Below, piece after piece: positions 33,895-45,235 of a stretch of 64,000 nucleotides of DNA. The number at the start of each line of letters is the position of its first letter. Position 1 is the first letter of the stretch. The notes below the pieces were generated by a model that was not told the DNA's origin, ran no database searches, and saw only the letters and a program-made list of their open reading frames with translations. Both the position numbers and the translations under genes were made by a program. This DNA comes from Candidatus Aminicenantes bacterium (GTDB taxonomy: Bacteria; Acidobacteriota; Aminicenantia; Aminicenantales; JAFGBC01), in contig OY969696.1 of the NCBI GenBank assembly GCA_963702005.1, positions 896,001-960,000 of the forward strand, written 5' to 3'.

Positions 33895-36060
33895 ATGAGA
33901 AACGAAGCAAAGCGGAAAAAACAGATCCTGCCGGCCGTCCTTTTGTCCATGGCCGTTTTATGTCCGGGCGCGCTTATTGCCGGCGCCCAACCCCAGGCCA
34001 AGCCTCCTCTGGATATCCCCAGGCTGTCCCATGCTCCCAAGATCGACGGCGTCCTCGACAATCCCCTCTGGGAAAAAGAAGCTCTTAAGATCGAGAATTT
34101 CGTCCAGCTCACGCCCAAAGAGAACGGCGCGCCCACCGAGAAGACCGTAGCCTATGTCGGGTTCGACGAGAAGAACCTCTACCTGGCCTTCCGCTGCTTC
34201 GACTCGGACCCCCCCAAGGTCCGCTGCTCGATCACGAGCCGGGACAATATCATCGACGACGATTGGATCCTCCTTATGCTGGACACCTTCAACGAGAAGC
34301 GCAGGGCCTTCGGCTTCTTCCTGAATCCGGCCGGGATTCAAATCGACGCCATGCGGATCGAGGAGGGGGGGAACGAAAACTTCGACATGTCCTGGGACAC
34401 CGTCTTCGACTCGGCCGGGACGATCGACAAGGACGGCTGGACCGCCGAGATGGCCGTGCCCTTCAAGAGCATCCGCTTCCCGGATCAGGAGACGAAGTCC
34501 TGGAATATCGTCCTTGCCCGCAACCTCCCCCGCAAGGGCGAGATTATGCTCTGGCCGTCCTACAGCCGTGACGTCCCCGGGCTCCTCACCCAGGGGCAGA
34601 TCTGGAGGATCCAGGGCCGCGTCGAGAAGGGCAAGAACCTGGAGGTCATGCCCATCCTGACCTCGCTCCAGCGCCAGGGCGAATCGCTCAACGTCCAGCC
34701 CGGGGCCAACGTCAAGTACGGGGTCAGCTCGAACATGACCCTGGACTTCGCGGCCAACCCGGACTTCAGCCATATCGAGGCCGATGCTCCCCAGATCGAC
34801 GTCAACCTCCGCTATGCCCTCCGCTACCAGGAGAAACGGCCGTTCTTCTTGGAGGGGATGGAGCTTTTCAGCTACCCCCAGATCGAAATGGTCTACACGC
34901 GCCGGATCATCGACCCGCTCTGGGGCGCCAAGATCTCGGGGAAGTTCGGCAAGACGGCCTACGGCATCCTCTCGGCCTACGACGTCAACCCGAGCGAGAG
35001 CCTCTGGGATGTCCACGGCGGCGGCGTCAAGAAGGACGAGAACGCCCTATTCAACATCGTCCGGCTCAAGACCGACGTCGGTGCCGGCTCCTTTCTCGGC
35101 TTTTCGCTGGCCGATAAGGAGATCGACGGGTCCTGGAACCGCGTCGCCGGCCTGGACGGCCAGTTCCGGTTCAAGGACCGCGTCTTCTTCTTTTTCCAGG
35201 CCGTCGCTTCCAAGACGAGCTACGACCGGGAGATTACGACCCTGGCCCCGGCCCTCTACGCCGAGAGCTACTACACGACCAAGCACTGGACCGCCGGCGG
35301 CTACTTCATGGCCATTCATCCGGAGTTCGAGGCCTCCTCGGGCTTCGTCAACCGGATCGACTACCGGAGCGGCGGCGCGTTCTCGTCCCTGACCCTCTAC
35401 CCCGACAAGAAATTCCTCAACCAGGTCCGGTTCCAGCTCCAGGCCGGACAGCGGAATTCCTACTTCGGGCCGACGGTCCAGGACCAGTGGGGCCGGTTCA
35501 ATCTTCAGCTCCGCTTCACCGAGTTCAATCAGATGTTCCTCACGCTCGAAAGAGCCATGGAACGCTATGCCGAGGTCGACTTCCGGAAGACGAACCTGTC
35601 GATCGAGTCGCAATTTAACCTGATCGGCTGGATGCCCTTCAGTTTCTATTTCCAGACCGGCGACAGCATCAACTACGACCCCGAAGACGCCTTCCTGGGC
35701 TATAGTAACGCCTACGGCGTCTCCGTCAACTTCAAGCCGAACAAGCGTTTGAACCTGGGATTCGACCTCAGCAAGGAGACCTTCTGGGAGAAGTGGGGCG
35801 GGAAGGAGCTCTGGGACTACAACGTCGTCCGGATGAGGACGACCTACCAGATATCCAAGCCGCTGTCGCTGCGGGCGATCGTCGACTACAACCATTATTA
35901 CAAAGAGATCTTCGGGAGCTTCCTCATTTCCTGGGTCCTCAAGCCCGGCACGGTCTTCTTCCTCGGCTTCGACAACAACTACCTCCGGGACAAGCTCGGC
36001 CGCTACAGCCGGGACAATTACAACGTCTTCGTGAAGTTCTCCTACTGGTGGCGGGTCTGA
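33895..36060 (+). CDS. CBM9-like domain plus DUF5916-type outer-membrane protein
   Basis: Signal peptide; PKIDGVLD, WTAEMAVPFKSIRF, NPDFSHIEAD, EKRPFFLEG, YTRRI; C-terminal FVKFSYWW beta signal. Confidence 0.85.
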   Translation: MRNEAKRKKQILPAVLLSMAVLCPGALIAGAQPQAKPPLDIPRLSHAPKIDGVLDNPLWEKEALKIENFVQLTPKENGAPTEKTVAYVGFDEKNLYLAFRCFDSDPPKVRCSITSRDNIIDDDWILLMLDTFNEKRRAFGFFLNPAGIQIDAMRIEEGGNENFDMSWDTVFDSAGTIDKDGWTAEMAVPFKSIRFPDQETKSWNIVLARNLPRKGEIMLWPSYSRDVPGLLTQGQIWRIQGRVEKGKNLEVMPILTSLQRQGESLNVQPGANVKYGVSSNMTLDFAANPDFSHIEADAPQIDVNLRYALRYQEKRPFFLEGMELFSYPQIEMVYTRRIIDPLWGAKISGKFGKTAYGILSAYDVNPSESLWDVHGGGVKKDENALFNIVRLKTDVGAGSFLGFSLADKEIDGSWNRVAGLDGQFRFKDRVFFFFQAVASKTSYDREITTLAPALYAESYYTTKHWTAGGYFMAIHPEFEASSGFVNRIDYRSGGAFSSLTLYPDKKFLNQVRFQLQAGQRNSYFGPTVQDQWGRFNLQLRFTEFNQMFLTLERAMERYAEVDFRKTNLSIESQFNLIGWMPFSFYFQTGDSINYDPEDAFLGYSNAYGVSVNFKPNKRLNLGFDLSKETFWEKWGGKELWDYNVVRMRTTYQISKPLSLRAIVDYNHYYKEIFGSFLISWVLKPGTVFFLGFDNNYLRDKLGRYSRDNYNVFVKFSYWWRV

Positions 36061-36173
36061 GCGAACCGGGTACGAAACAGCAGCCGGCAATTTTCCGCTT
36101 CCATCAAATCCGCTTCTTGCTCTAGCGTTCCCTTCTTCCCCTTTTTATTAATAGGTCTGGATCGATGGCCTTG

Positions 36174-38993
36174 TCAAGCCGTCTTCGGTTCGTGTCCCGA
36201 TTCTTGGAAAGCGATGACGATGGCCGTTCCTTTCTTTCTCTCAAGCTTGATCGTTCCTTCCAGCTGGCTGACGAGCAGGTTCACGATCTGCAGTCCGAGG
36301 CTTTCGCTGAGCTGAAAATCCAGCTTTTCGGGGAAACCCACGCCGTTATCCGCAACGCGAAGCTCCACGGCGCCGTCTTCCCGGCGCCGAAGCCCGATCT
36401 TGACCACTCCCTTCCGATCCCCCGGAAACGCGTGTTTGAGCGCGTTCGAAATCAGCTCGTTGACCAGGAGGCCGCAGGGTACGGCCGCATTGATATCCAA
36501 GTGGACGTCTTCCAGCTCGGTCTCCAGCCGGACTTGATTGGCGTCAATCCTATAAGCATGGAACAGGTGAACCGACAGGCTCCGGATGTAGTCGGAGAAG
36601 TCGATTTTCGACAGGTCGCGGGATTGATAAAGCTTCTCGTGGATAAGGCCCATGGAGCGGATGCGCGTCTGTCCCTCTTTAAGAATCCTCCGGGCCTCCT
36701 CATCCTTGACGCGCCCGGCCTGAAGGTTGAAGAGACTGGAGATGACCTGCATGTTGTTCTTCACCCGGTGATGGATCTCCCTCAGCAGCACCTCCTTTTC
36801 CCGCAGCGCCGCCTGAACGGCCTCCTCCGCCCGCTTCTGCTCGGTCATGTCGTGATAGAGCGTCTGAAACTGCCTTTGGCCGTTCCAAAGCACTTCCTTG
36901 CGGAAGACCTGGAGCCGGCGGATTTCGCCGTTTTTCTTAACGATGCTGATTTGATATTCGAACGGCCCATCTTCCCCCTGCCGCCTTTTTTCTTTTCTTA
37001 ATTGGAACTCCTCAAGGCTCTCCGGAGTGTAACGATCCTTGAGCGGCGTGGCGCGCAGTTCTTCGACGCTATCGAAGCCGTACATCTCCAGGATAGCCCT
37101 GTTGGCGTAGAGGGTCTCTCCCTCGGCATCGACGATGCGCACCCCGAGCGGGGAATCATCCAGGGAACGCCGGAAGTTTTCCTCGGCCCGGCGCAGCGCC
37201 TCCTCCGCCCGCTTGCGTTCGGTGATATCCTCCGCGATGCCGACGTACCTTGTCACGTTTCCGTTCTGGTCAAAAACCGGATAGGTGCGCGCCCGCACCC
37301 ATCGGATCGAGCGGTCGGGGCGGAAGACGCGGTACTCTTCATCGAACGGCCGATTCTCTTCGTATAGGGCCTTGTGGGAGACCGAGACCCGCGCTTTGTC
37401 CTCGGGGTGAACATGCTCCATGAAGGACGGTCCTTTCAGGTACATCTCCTCGACGGTCCGCCCCCAGATAGTTTCGTACTCAGGGCTGATGTAGAGGATG
37501 CGGCCCGTATTTCGATCCCTGAGCCAGAACACCTCGCGGATGGTCTCCACCACCTCGCGGAACCGCTCCTCGCTCTCTCGCAGCGCATCCTCGGCCCGCT
37601 TGCGCCCGGTAATATCGGAGGTGACAATGACCACCTTCCAATCGGGAAATGGTACGGGAACCGCGCTTACGCTGGTCCATATAATAGTGCCGTCCTCTTT
37701 TACTACGCCGGTCTCGACATTGTGAATTGCCCGTTGCTCCTCGAGCGCCCGTGCGCTGGCAAACTCCTCGGCCGGCATGGGCGTTCCATCCGGTCTGAGA
37801 AATGTTCGACTCTTGTAATCGCCCCTGAGCAGACCCTCCCTGGACATCTCCAAAATCCTTTCAAGGGCGGAGTTCATAAAGGAAATCTTCCGTTCGGCGT
37901 CGAGAATGGAGACTCCTACCGGCAGTATCTCGAAAAGGGCGTTTAGTTTCGATCCGCTCTCCCGCCGCGCCTCCGCCGTCCTATACCGCTCTCGATAGAA
38001 GCGGGCCCGCTGATGCCGCCAGATTAAACCCACCCCCGCGCCCGCCCCCAGGAGCAGGGCGCCGATAAGCGCGATCATTAGCCCCCGCCGTTCTCTCAGG
38101 GGAGCGTACGCTTCCGCGGTATCCATGCGGGCGACCAGAAACCAGGGCGAGTCGGGAACGGCTCGAAGGCAAGCCACCACCCGGACGCCCCGATAATCCG
38201 AACCCTCCACGATTCCCTCCCGGCCCAGCGCGGCCTTGACGGCGGGGACGTCCGTTTTTTCCAACGGAATACGCAGATTCAGGGCGGTGTTTTTTTGAAA
38301 CTCGGGCTCGTTGAGATACACCGCGTCATTTCCGTCCCGGCGGACGAGCAAGGTCTCGGCGCTGCGGCTGGGCGTGGGCCAGCGATTGATGTAGGGATAG
38401 AGATACTTCCCGGGATCGATCCTCAGGACAAGGATCCCCAGCGCCGGGCGGTCTCCCCTCCCGTCGAGGATGGGGACCAGGATCGAGAGATGGATGGGGC
38501 GATCGGGAGAATCGCGATGGAAATCCAGGAAAACCACCCGACCCGAGCGCAGGATTTCGGGAGCCTGCTCCAAGAGATGGGCGGCGACGGGCTCGGGCGT
38601 TTCGGGGGCCGAGATCCGCTCGACGCCTTGGGCGTCCAGCAGAAAAATCCGATCATACTCAAATTGCGTTCTGTATTTGTCCAGCCATACCTGGAGCCGG
38701 CCTCGGGCGTTCGGGTCCGCCGGCTGCCCGAAAAAGTTCCGCACCAAGGCGGAAAAGGAGGCGTTCTTGAATAGGATGCCGGCATCGCCCAAGCGCTCCT
38801 TGCGCCACGCGACCAGCTCGCTCACCTTCAGTTCCGCGATGGCCGAAAGCCGGCGCTCAATTTCTCCCCTGAATTGACGTTCATAACTTCGGTAACTTAA
38901 ATAGCCTATGGTGATGATGCCCGCTGTCAGGAGGACGAAAAGCAGGATAAAGACATATCCGGCGCGGAGTTTTTCCCGAGTGTCAGGTTTCAT
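36174..38993 (-). CDS. Membrane sensor histidine kinase (Cache-like, 3 PAS domains, HisKA_2 type)
   Basis: Two TM helices; DITxRK PAS linkers; EIHHRVKNNMQ H-box; NELISNALKH, DNGVG, SLGL. Confidence 0.92.
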   Translation of the reverse strand: MKPDTREKLRAGYVFILLFVLLTAGIITIGYLSYRSYERQFRGEIERRLSAIAELKVSELVAWRKERLGDAGILFKNASFSALVRNFFGQPADPNARGRLQVWLDKYRTQFEYDRIFLLDAQGVERISAPETPEPVAAHLLEQAPEILRSGRVVFLDFHRDSPDRPIHLSILVPILDGRGDRPALGILVLRIDPGKYLYPYINRWPTPSRSAETLLVRRDGNDAVYLNEPEFQKNTALNLRIPLEKTDVPAVKAALGREGIVEGSDYRGVRVVACLRAVPDSPWFLVARMDTAEAYAPLRERRGLMIALIGALLLGAGAGVGLIWRHQRARFYRERYRTAEARRESGSKLNALFEILPVGVSILDAERKISFMNSALERILEMSREGLLRGDYKSRTFLRPDGTPMPAEEFASARALEEQRAIHNVETGVVKEDGTIIWTSVSAVPVPFPDWKVVIVTSDITGRKRAEDALRESEERFREVVETIREVFWLRDRNTGRILYISPEYETIWGRTVEEMYLKGPSFMEHVHPEDKARVSVSHKALYEENRPFDEEYRVFRPDRSIRWVRARTYPVFDQNGNVTRYVGIAEDITERKRAEEALRRAEENFRRSLDDSPLGVRIVDAEGETLYANRAILEMYGFDSVEELRATPLKDRYTPESLEEFQLRKEKRRQGEDGPFEYQISIVKKNGEIRRLQVFRKEVLWNGQRQFQTLYHDMTEQKRAEEAVQAALREKEVLLREIHHRVKNNMQVISSLFNLQAGRVKDEEARRILKEGQTRIRSMGLIHEKLYQSRDLSKIDFSDYIRSLSVHLFHAYRIDANQVRLETELEDVHLDINAAVPCGLLVNELISNALKHAFPGDRKGVVKIGLRRREDGAVELRVADNGVGFPEKLDFQLSESLGLQIVNLLVSQLEGTIKLERKKGTAIVIAFQESGHEPKTA

Positions 38994-39164
38994 GATTCAA
39001 ATCATTTGGCCGGCGGCTTTCCGGCCTGAAACGCGCTCGCGGCTCCTGGAGACTTTTCCATTCCGATGACTCTCCTCCCCGATCCCGATGGAGAAGAATA
39101 GCCTTTTTGACTTCACCGAAAAAAAGTGCCGATTTCAGGCTCTTAGCCTCGTTTCGTTTTTTTA

Positions 39165-39194
39165 ATTGTACAGTGCCTTAAGAGATCATGTCAA
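39165..39194 (-). promoter_or_regulatory. sigma70-type promoter of the kinase gene
   Basis: Minus strand TTGACA (39194-39189) N18 TACAAT (39170-39165). Confidence 0.5.
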
Positions 39195-39248
39195 ATCGAA
39201 CTTCCCGGATTTTGGGCTCGCCCCAGGGACGGGTATAATAGACCCGTT

Positions 39249-42200
39249 ATGAGCTTTCTCTTCCTCGAGAACGTTGCGGCCTTTAAATCCCTGGCCGGGG
39301 CGCTGAAAGCCGGGGATAAGGGGCTCGTCGTCTCCGGACTGACCGATGCCGCCAAGCCCCTTTTCCTGATGAACTTGGTCCGGACGACCGGGCGTCGGAT
39401 CGTCTATGTCCAGACGGTAGGCCAATCCTTGGAGCGGTTCGATCAGGAATGCCGCTTTTTCTTCACTCAAGCCGGGCTTTCGTCGCGGGCGCTGATGCTT
39501 CCCGCCCTGTCGGACGATCCCTACCAGGAAGTCCCGCCCCCGCTCGAGGCCGCCGCGGCGAGGATGAAAGTCCTGTACAGCCTGACCTACCATCCGCCCG
39601 CCTTGATCCTGGCCAGCCTTCCGGGACTCCTGAAGCCCGTCCCCGGTCCCGAGGACCTCAAGGCGCTTTTTCTTTCGCTCGAAAAGGACGCCCCGTTCGG
39701 CCGCGACCGCCTTCTCCTCGACCTGGCCGATTTCGGCTACACGCAGGAAGATCTCGTCTCGTCGGCCGGCGAGTATGCTTGGCGGGGGGGATCGTCGACG
39801 TCTTCTCGCCCTGGCAGGACTACCCCTGGCGGATCGAGTTCAGCGGGGACGACGTCGCCTCGATCCGAGAATTCGATCCCTCGACCCAACGCTCCCTCAA
39901 GAGGCTGGAGCGGGCCGTGATCACCTCGCTCCGCGAATACCCGGCCTCCGCTTCCTTCCGGGCCGCCTGGGAGGAAAGGGCTAGGACGCTCGCCCGGCGC
40001 GAAAGCCGGGACCTCGACGTGAAGCTCGAGCTCATCCGCCGGAACGATCCCGCGCCTTCTTTCCCCTATCTCGCGCTTCTCCTCCGCGATCGGTTCGTGC
40101 CGATCACCCGCTATTTGGACGACGTCCTGTTCGTGATCGACGAGCCGGACGAGGTCTTCAAGGAATGGGACGAGGCCCTCGAAGACTGGACCGCCCAGCG
40201 CGCCGATCACGAGGCGAACAAGATTTTCAGCCTTCCGCCCCGGGACCTCTTCTCGGCCGGCCTGGCGGATCGCGTCCGGCGGGAAGCGCTCGTCCTGCGC
40301 GGCCTGGGGCCGGAGCCGGGCGGGCGCGTCTTCGACCTGCCCTTCCAGTCCGTCCCGCGCTTCGAGAACCGGATCCCCTTCTTCATCGAATATTTAAAGA
40401 AGAAGCAGGAGGAGCGCGATCGCTGTTTTATCTATCTGGGCGCCCAGGGCATGAGACAGAAGCTGGCGGTCCTCCTCGAAAGCCACGGGATTGGCCTCAT
40501 CGAGTCGGACACGGCCAAGGTCCGTCCCCGCCGGTCCGAGGTCGTCCTCTGCGTCGGGCCGCTCGGCCGCGGCTTCAGCTTCCCGCCCGAACGGATCTCG
40601 TTCTTTGCCGAGAAGGAGATCCTGACCGAGGAAAAGGTCATCGTCAGCAGGCCCCCGCTCCGGCCCTTCCTGACCCAGTTCCAGGACCTTCATGAGGGAG
40701 ACACGATCGTCCACACCGACTACGGAATCGGGCTGTTCGAAGGCCTGGCCAAGATGGAGGTCGAGGGGACGAACCGCGAATTCATGGAGCTCGTCTACCG
40801 GGACGGCGACCAGCTCTTCGTCCCGGTCGAAGACCTGAACCTCGTCCAGAAGTTCGCCGGGGCGGACGCGGCCCCGCCCCAGCTCGACAAGCTGGGGAGC
40901 CCCGTCTGGCAGGCGACCAAGGAGCGGACCAAAAAGGCGGTCGAGAGGATCGCCCGCGAGCTCCTCGACCTCTATGCTCGGCGCAAGGCCGCCCTCGGCC
41001 ACGGCTTCAGCGCCGAGGGCGACTGGCAGGCCGAGTTCGATAGGATCTTCGAGTACGAGGAAACAGAGGACCAAGCCCGATCCATCCAGGAGATCAAGAA
41101 GGACATGGAAACGCCGGCGCCCATGGACCGGCTCATCGTCGGCGACGTCGGCTACGGCAAGACCGAGGTCGCCATGCGGGCCGCCTTCAAGGCCGTCATG
41201 GACGGAAAGCAGGTCGCCGTCCTCTGCCCGACGACCGTCCTGGCCAGCCAGCACCTCCAGACGTTCCGGACCCGGATGGCCCTCTTTCCGATACGGGTCG
41301 AGGGCTTGACCCGGCTCCAGCCCAAGGCCGAGCAGGCCCGGATCGTGGACGAGCTCAAGAAGGGCATGGTCGACGCCGTCATCGGGACCCACCGCCTCCT
41401 CTCGGCCGACGTCGGCTTCCGCGACCTCGGTCTCCTCATCGTCGACGAGGAGCAGCGCTTCGGCGTCAAGGATAAGGAGCGGATCAAGGGGCTCAAGACG
41501 AACATCGACGTTCTGACCCTGACCGCGACTCCCATCCCCCGGACCTTGAACTTGTCGCTGAGCGGGCTGCGCGATATCAGCCTGATCGAGACGCCGCCCC
41601 GGGACCGGCTGGCCGTTCACACCGTCGTGACCCCGTTCAACGCCAAGCTCATCGGCCAAGCCGTCCGGACCGAGCTCGGCCGGGGCGGCCAGGTTTACTA
41701 CATCCACAACCGTATCGAGGACATCGACAAGGTCGCCCGGCTGATCGAGAAGCTCGTCCCCCAAGCCAAGGTCGTCACCATCCACGGCCGGATGAGCGGC
41801 GCCGAGCTCGAACGGCGGATGATCGGTTTCGTCGGCCAGGCCACGAACGTCCTCGTCTCGACGACGATCATCGAGAACGGGATCGACATTCCGCTCGTCA
41901 ACACCCTCATCGTCGACCGGGCCGACCTCTATGGGCTGGCCCAGCTCTACCAGCTTCGGGGCCGGGTGGGACGCTCCTCGCGCCAGGCCTACGCCTATTT
42001 CCTCGTCCCGCCCTCCTTCGAGCTGACGGATCTCGCCAAGAAGCGGCTCAAGGCCCTCAAGGAATTCAGCGAGTTGGGCTCCGGGTTCCGGCTGGCCGCC
42101 AAGGACCTCGAAATCCGGGGGGCGGGAAACTTCCTGGGGTCCGAACAGCATGGATTCATGGCGGCCGTCGGGTTTGACTTTTACCTCCAGCTCCTCGACC

Positions 42201-42670
42201 AGGCCGTCCGGGAGCTCAAAGGAGAGCCCGTCGAGGAAGCCAAGAGCGAGATCCACCTCCACCTCGACATTCGGATCCCCGAGGACTACCTCCCCCAGGT
42301 CAACCTGAGGTTGAACCTTTACAAGCGAATCGCGAGCCTGGAAAGTCCCGAGGAGGCCGACAGGCTCAAGCGGGAGTTCGAGGACCGGTTCGGCCCCGTT
42401 CCGGAAAGCGTCGAAAACCTCCTCCGCTACGGCGTCGTCAAGCTTCTCGCCCAACGCCTCAGAATCAAATCCCTGGACCGGTCGGGCGACCGCCTCATCC
42501 TTCGCTTCCTCGAGACGTCCCCGGCCGACCTGGCCCGGATCACCCGCCTTCTTAAGCTCCACCGGGGGTCCCTGACGCCCCAGGGCGTCATGACGCTGCG
42601 GCTGCCCGCGGCCGGGGCGACGGCCATCCTTCATGAAACCATCCGAATCTTGAAGGAGTTATCGGGATAG
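39249..42670 (+). CDS. mfd: Transcription-repair coupling factor, frameshifted at about 39784-39790 as assembled
   Basis: N-terminus in ORF 39249-39920 up to GEYAWRGG, continuing as GIVDVF in ORF 39449-42670; GDVGYGKT, DEEQRFG, QLRGRVGR, TRCF domain. Confidence 0.93.
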
Positions 42671-42694
42671 ACTATAATAAAACGCTTTTACGAG

Positions 42695-43693
42695 ATGAAA
42701 AGAGACTTTCCGATCCGGACGCTGTTCCCCGCCGTCCTCTTGCTCTGCCTCGTTCCCCTGGCCGGCTGCGGCTCCCGAGAGACGTCCCAACCCCGGACCA
42801 CTCATAAAAACGACCGGTCCCAAAATCCGGCCGCGGGCGCCTCCCCCTCGGGGGAAGTCATCCTGAGGGTCGGGGAGACCGTCTACACCGGGGCCGATTT
42901 CGAGCGCTATATCCATGACCTGACCGGCCGGACGCCGGCCAATTTCGAGGTCGTAACCCTCAGCCGCCTTTTCGACAGGTTCGTCGAAGAGAGGCTTCTG
43001 CTTCGGGCGGCGAAAGACGAGGGCCTCTCGCTGAGCGCCGAAGAACAGAAAACCTCCCTGGCCAGGTCGATCGCGGACAGGGAAATCGCCGCCGACGGGA
43101 CGGGAACGCCCGACGAGACCCAAGCCCTTCTGGAGAGGGCTTTGATCGAAAAGTACACCGCCATCCTCATGAAAGATGCCCAGGTCGGCGACGAAGACAT
43201 CGCCCGATATTACACCGCTCATAAACGGGAATTCCTGGAACCGGCCCGGGTCAAGGTCAGCCAGATCCTCGTTCCGACCGAGGAGAGAGCCGTCGCCCTC
43301 CTCGCCAGGCTCAAATCCGCGACCGAGGACGAATTCCGGATCGCGGCCCGCCAGGAGTCGGTCGGACTCGAAGCGCCCCGGGGCGGCGAGATGGGCGTGT
43401 TCAAGCCCGGCCAGCTCCCTTACGAGATGGAGAAGGTCATCTTCGCCCTGGCCGAGGGCGAGGTCAGCCGCGTCGTCGAATCCTCCTACGGTTTCCACAT
43501 CTTCCGGCTCGACAAACGGTTCGAGCCCGAGCTCGTGCCGGTCGAGCGGGCTGCCGCGGCGATCCGGACCCAAATCCTGGCCGAAAAGGGCAGGGCCGCC
43601 TTGGCCGACCGGCTGGAAGGGCTGCGGGCCCGGCAGGACTGGCAAATCTTCCCCGAGAACCTATCATTCCCCTACCAGAGGAACAATCAATGA
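42695..43693 (+). CDS. Parvulin-type peptidyl-prolyl isomerase, lipoprotein (PrsA/SurA-like)
   Basis: LAGC lipobox; GGEMG, VESSYGFHIF rotamase motif. Confidence 0.88.
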   Translation: MKRDFPIRTLFPAVLLLCLVPLAGCGSRETSQPRTTHKNDRSQNPAAGASPSGEVILRVGETVYTGADFERYIHDLTGRTPANFEVVTLSRLFDRFVEERLLLRAAKDEGLSLSAEEQKTSLARSIADREIAADGTGTPDETQALLERALIEKYTAILMKDAQVGDEDIARYYTAHKREFLEPARVKVSQILVPTEERAVALLARLKSATEDEFRIAARQESVGLEAPRGGEMGVFKPGQLPYEMEKVIFALAEGEVSRVVESSYGFHIFRLDKRFEPELVPVERAAAAIRTQILAEKGRAALADRLEGLRARQDWQIFPENLSFPYQRNNQ

Positions 43694-44667
43694 AGATCCG
43701 AATCCGCGGAATGCTCATCCTCCTCGTCGGACTCGCCGTCGCCGCAGCGGCGGGCGCCCAGCAGGTCATCGAGGAGATCGTCGCCGTCGTCAACGACGAC
43801 ATCATCACGCTCTCCGATTACCGTCGCCAGCACGACGCCTTCGTCCAGATGCTCAGGTCCCAACTCCAGGGCGAAGAGTACGAAAAGCAGTATCAGCAGA
43901 TGAAGGCGGAGCTCCTGAACACGATGATCACCAACATCCTCCTCCTCCAGCTCGCCCGCGAGAAGCAGCTCAACGTCTCCGAGCAGCTCAAGCTTGTGAT
44001 CGAGAACATCAAGAAGCAGAACAACATCGAATCCGACGAGGACCTCCGGCGCGAGCTGGCCAAGCAAGGGCTCGCCTGGGAGGACTGGACGAAGCAGCAG
44101 GAGGAGTACCTCCTCAATCAAGCCGTCATCTATACCGAGGTCGAACGGGCCATCGTCATCGATGAATCCGAAATCGTCGCCTACTACAAGGACCACCGCG
44201 GCGAGTTCGTCGAGCCCGAGGAGTACAAGCTCCGCGGCCTGTATATCTCCGACGAGAACCGAACCCCCGAGGAGGTCGAGGCCCGCAAGGCCGAGGTCCT
44301 GGCCAAGCTCGACGCGGGCGAGGACTGGGGGGCCGTGGCCGCCGCTTCCAGCGACGGTCCGACCAAGGACTCCAAGGGCGAGCTGGGGACGTTTAAGAAG
44401 GGAGAGCTCGAAAAGAGCCTCGAGGAGGCCGTCAGCAAAATCAAGCCGGCGGAGCGCACGCCCTGGCTCAGCGTCAAGAACGGCTGGTACCTCATCCGGC
44501 TCGACGAGAAGAAGGACAGCCGGCAGCTGAGCTTCGAGGAATCGCGGAAGGCGATCGAGGAGAAGATCTACAACGAACGGAAGCAGAAGAAGCTCGAAGA
44601 GTTCCTGAAGAACCTCCGCGAAAAAAGCTACGTCAAGATCCTCATCCCCGACCCCCTCGGCCGCTAG
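43690..44667 (+). CDS. SurA-like chaperone/PPIase
   Basis: IVAVVNDDIITLSD SurA N-terminal motif; KGELG, NGWYLI. Confidence 0.88.
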   Translation: MKIRIRGMLILLVGLAVAAAAGAQQVIEEIVAVVNDDIITLSDYRRQHDAFVQMLRSQLQGEEYEKQYQQMKAELLNTMITNILLLQLAREKQLNVSEQLKLVIENIKKQNNIESDEDLRRELAKQGLAWEDWTKQQEEYLLNQAVIYTEVERAIVIDESEIVAYYKDHRGEFVEPEEYKLRGLYISDENRTPEEVEARKAEVLAKLDAGEDWGAVAAASSDGPTKDSKGELGTFKKGELEKSLEEAVSKIKPAERTPWLSVKNGWYLIRLDEKKDSRQLSFEESRKAIEEKIYNERKQKKLEEFLKNLREKSYVKILIPDPLGR

Positions 44668-44670
44668 CCG

Positions 44671-45225
44671 TCAGGGGATCAGCACCGCCGCGGCGAAGGC
44701 CGTCGTCCACAGCCCTTTTTTCCCCGTCGTCGTCTGGGTGATGTTGCGGGCCTTGACGGTCAGCTTTTCCGAGATCCGGTAGATCTTCTTCTTTTCGTCC
44801 CAGATGGCCTTGATGTCCGAGATGTTCTTGCCCAGCGTCGTCGCCAGCATCTCGGCCGCCAGGTCCTCGGCGTACTGGCCGGCCTCCCGCTCGGTCTGGC
44901 CGAAGCTGTGGTGCTCGGACAGGTACCCGTAATGCTTGGGGTCGTTCGGGACGGCCAGCCCGACGGCGGCCGAGATGAGCCGGTGGGCCTCGTTCGTGGC
45001 GTTCTCGCTCATGACCAGGAACAGGATCTGTCCGGGCTTGAGGAGCGTAAGGCCCTGGTCCCGGGAAATCAGCTTGCAATGGGGCGGGAAAATGCTCGAA
45101 ACCTTGACAAGGTTGAAGGGCGCGATTCCGGCCTGGCGCAAGGCCTGTTCCAGGCTGGCGAGCTTCTCTTTGTGCTGCCCCATCCCCTTGGTCAGGAAGA
45201 TGCGGCGCGGGATGGTCGTCGTCAT
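44671..45225 (-). CDS. pdaD: Pyruvoyl-dependent arginine decarboxylase
   Basis: AGIAPFNLVKVSSIFPP (Ser-Ser autocleavage site), GYLSEH, WTTAFAAAV; start at 45225. Confidence 0.9.
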   Translation of the reverse strand: MTTTIPRRIFLTKGMGQHKEKLASLEQALRQAGIAPFNLVKVSSIFPPHCKLISRDQGLTLLKPGQILFLVMSENATNEAHRLISAAVGLAVPNDPKHYGYLSEHHSFGQTEREAGQYAEDLAAEMLATTLGKNISDIKAIWDEKKKIYRISEKLTVKARNITQTTTGKKGLWTTAFAAAVLIP

Positions 45226-45235
45226 CGGCGCCGGG

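Noticed and set aside
36800-37620. Repeated GCCTCCTCCGCCCGCTT-like DNA in the kinase gene
   Set aside because: Encodes the ordinary D(I/M)TxxKRAE(E/D)A linkers that follow PAS domains.
40394-42634. 746-aa minus-strand ORF, and similar long ORFs opposite atpD, wzt and the acyl-CoA genes
   Set aside because: Antisense frames of conserved genes, caused by GC3 bias.
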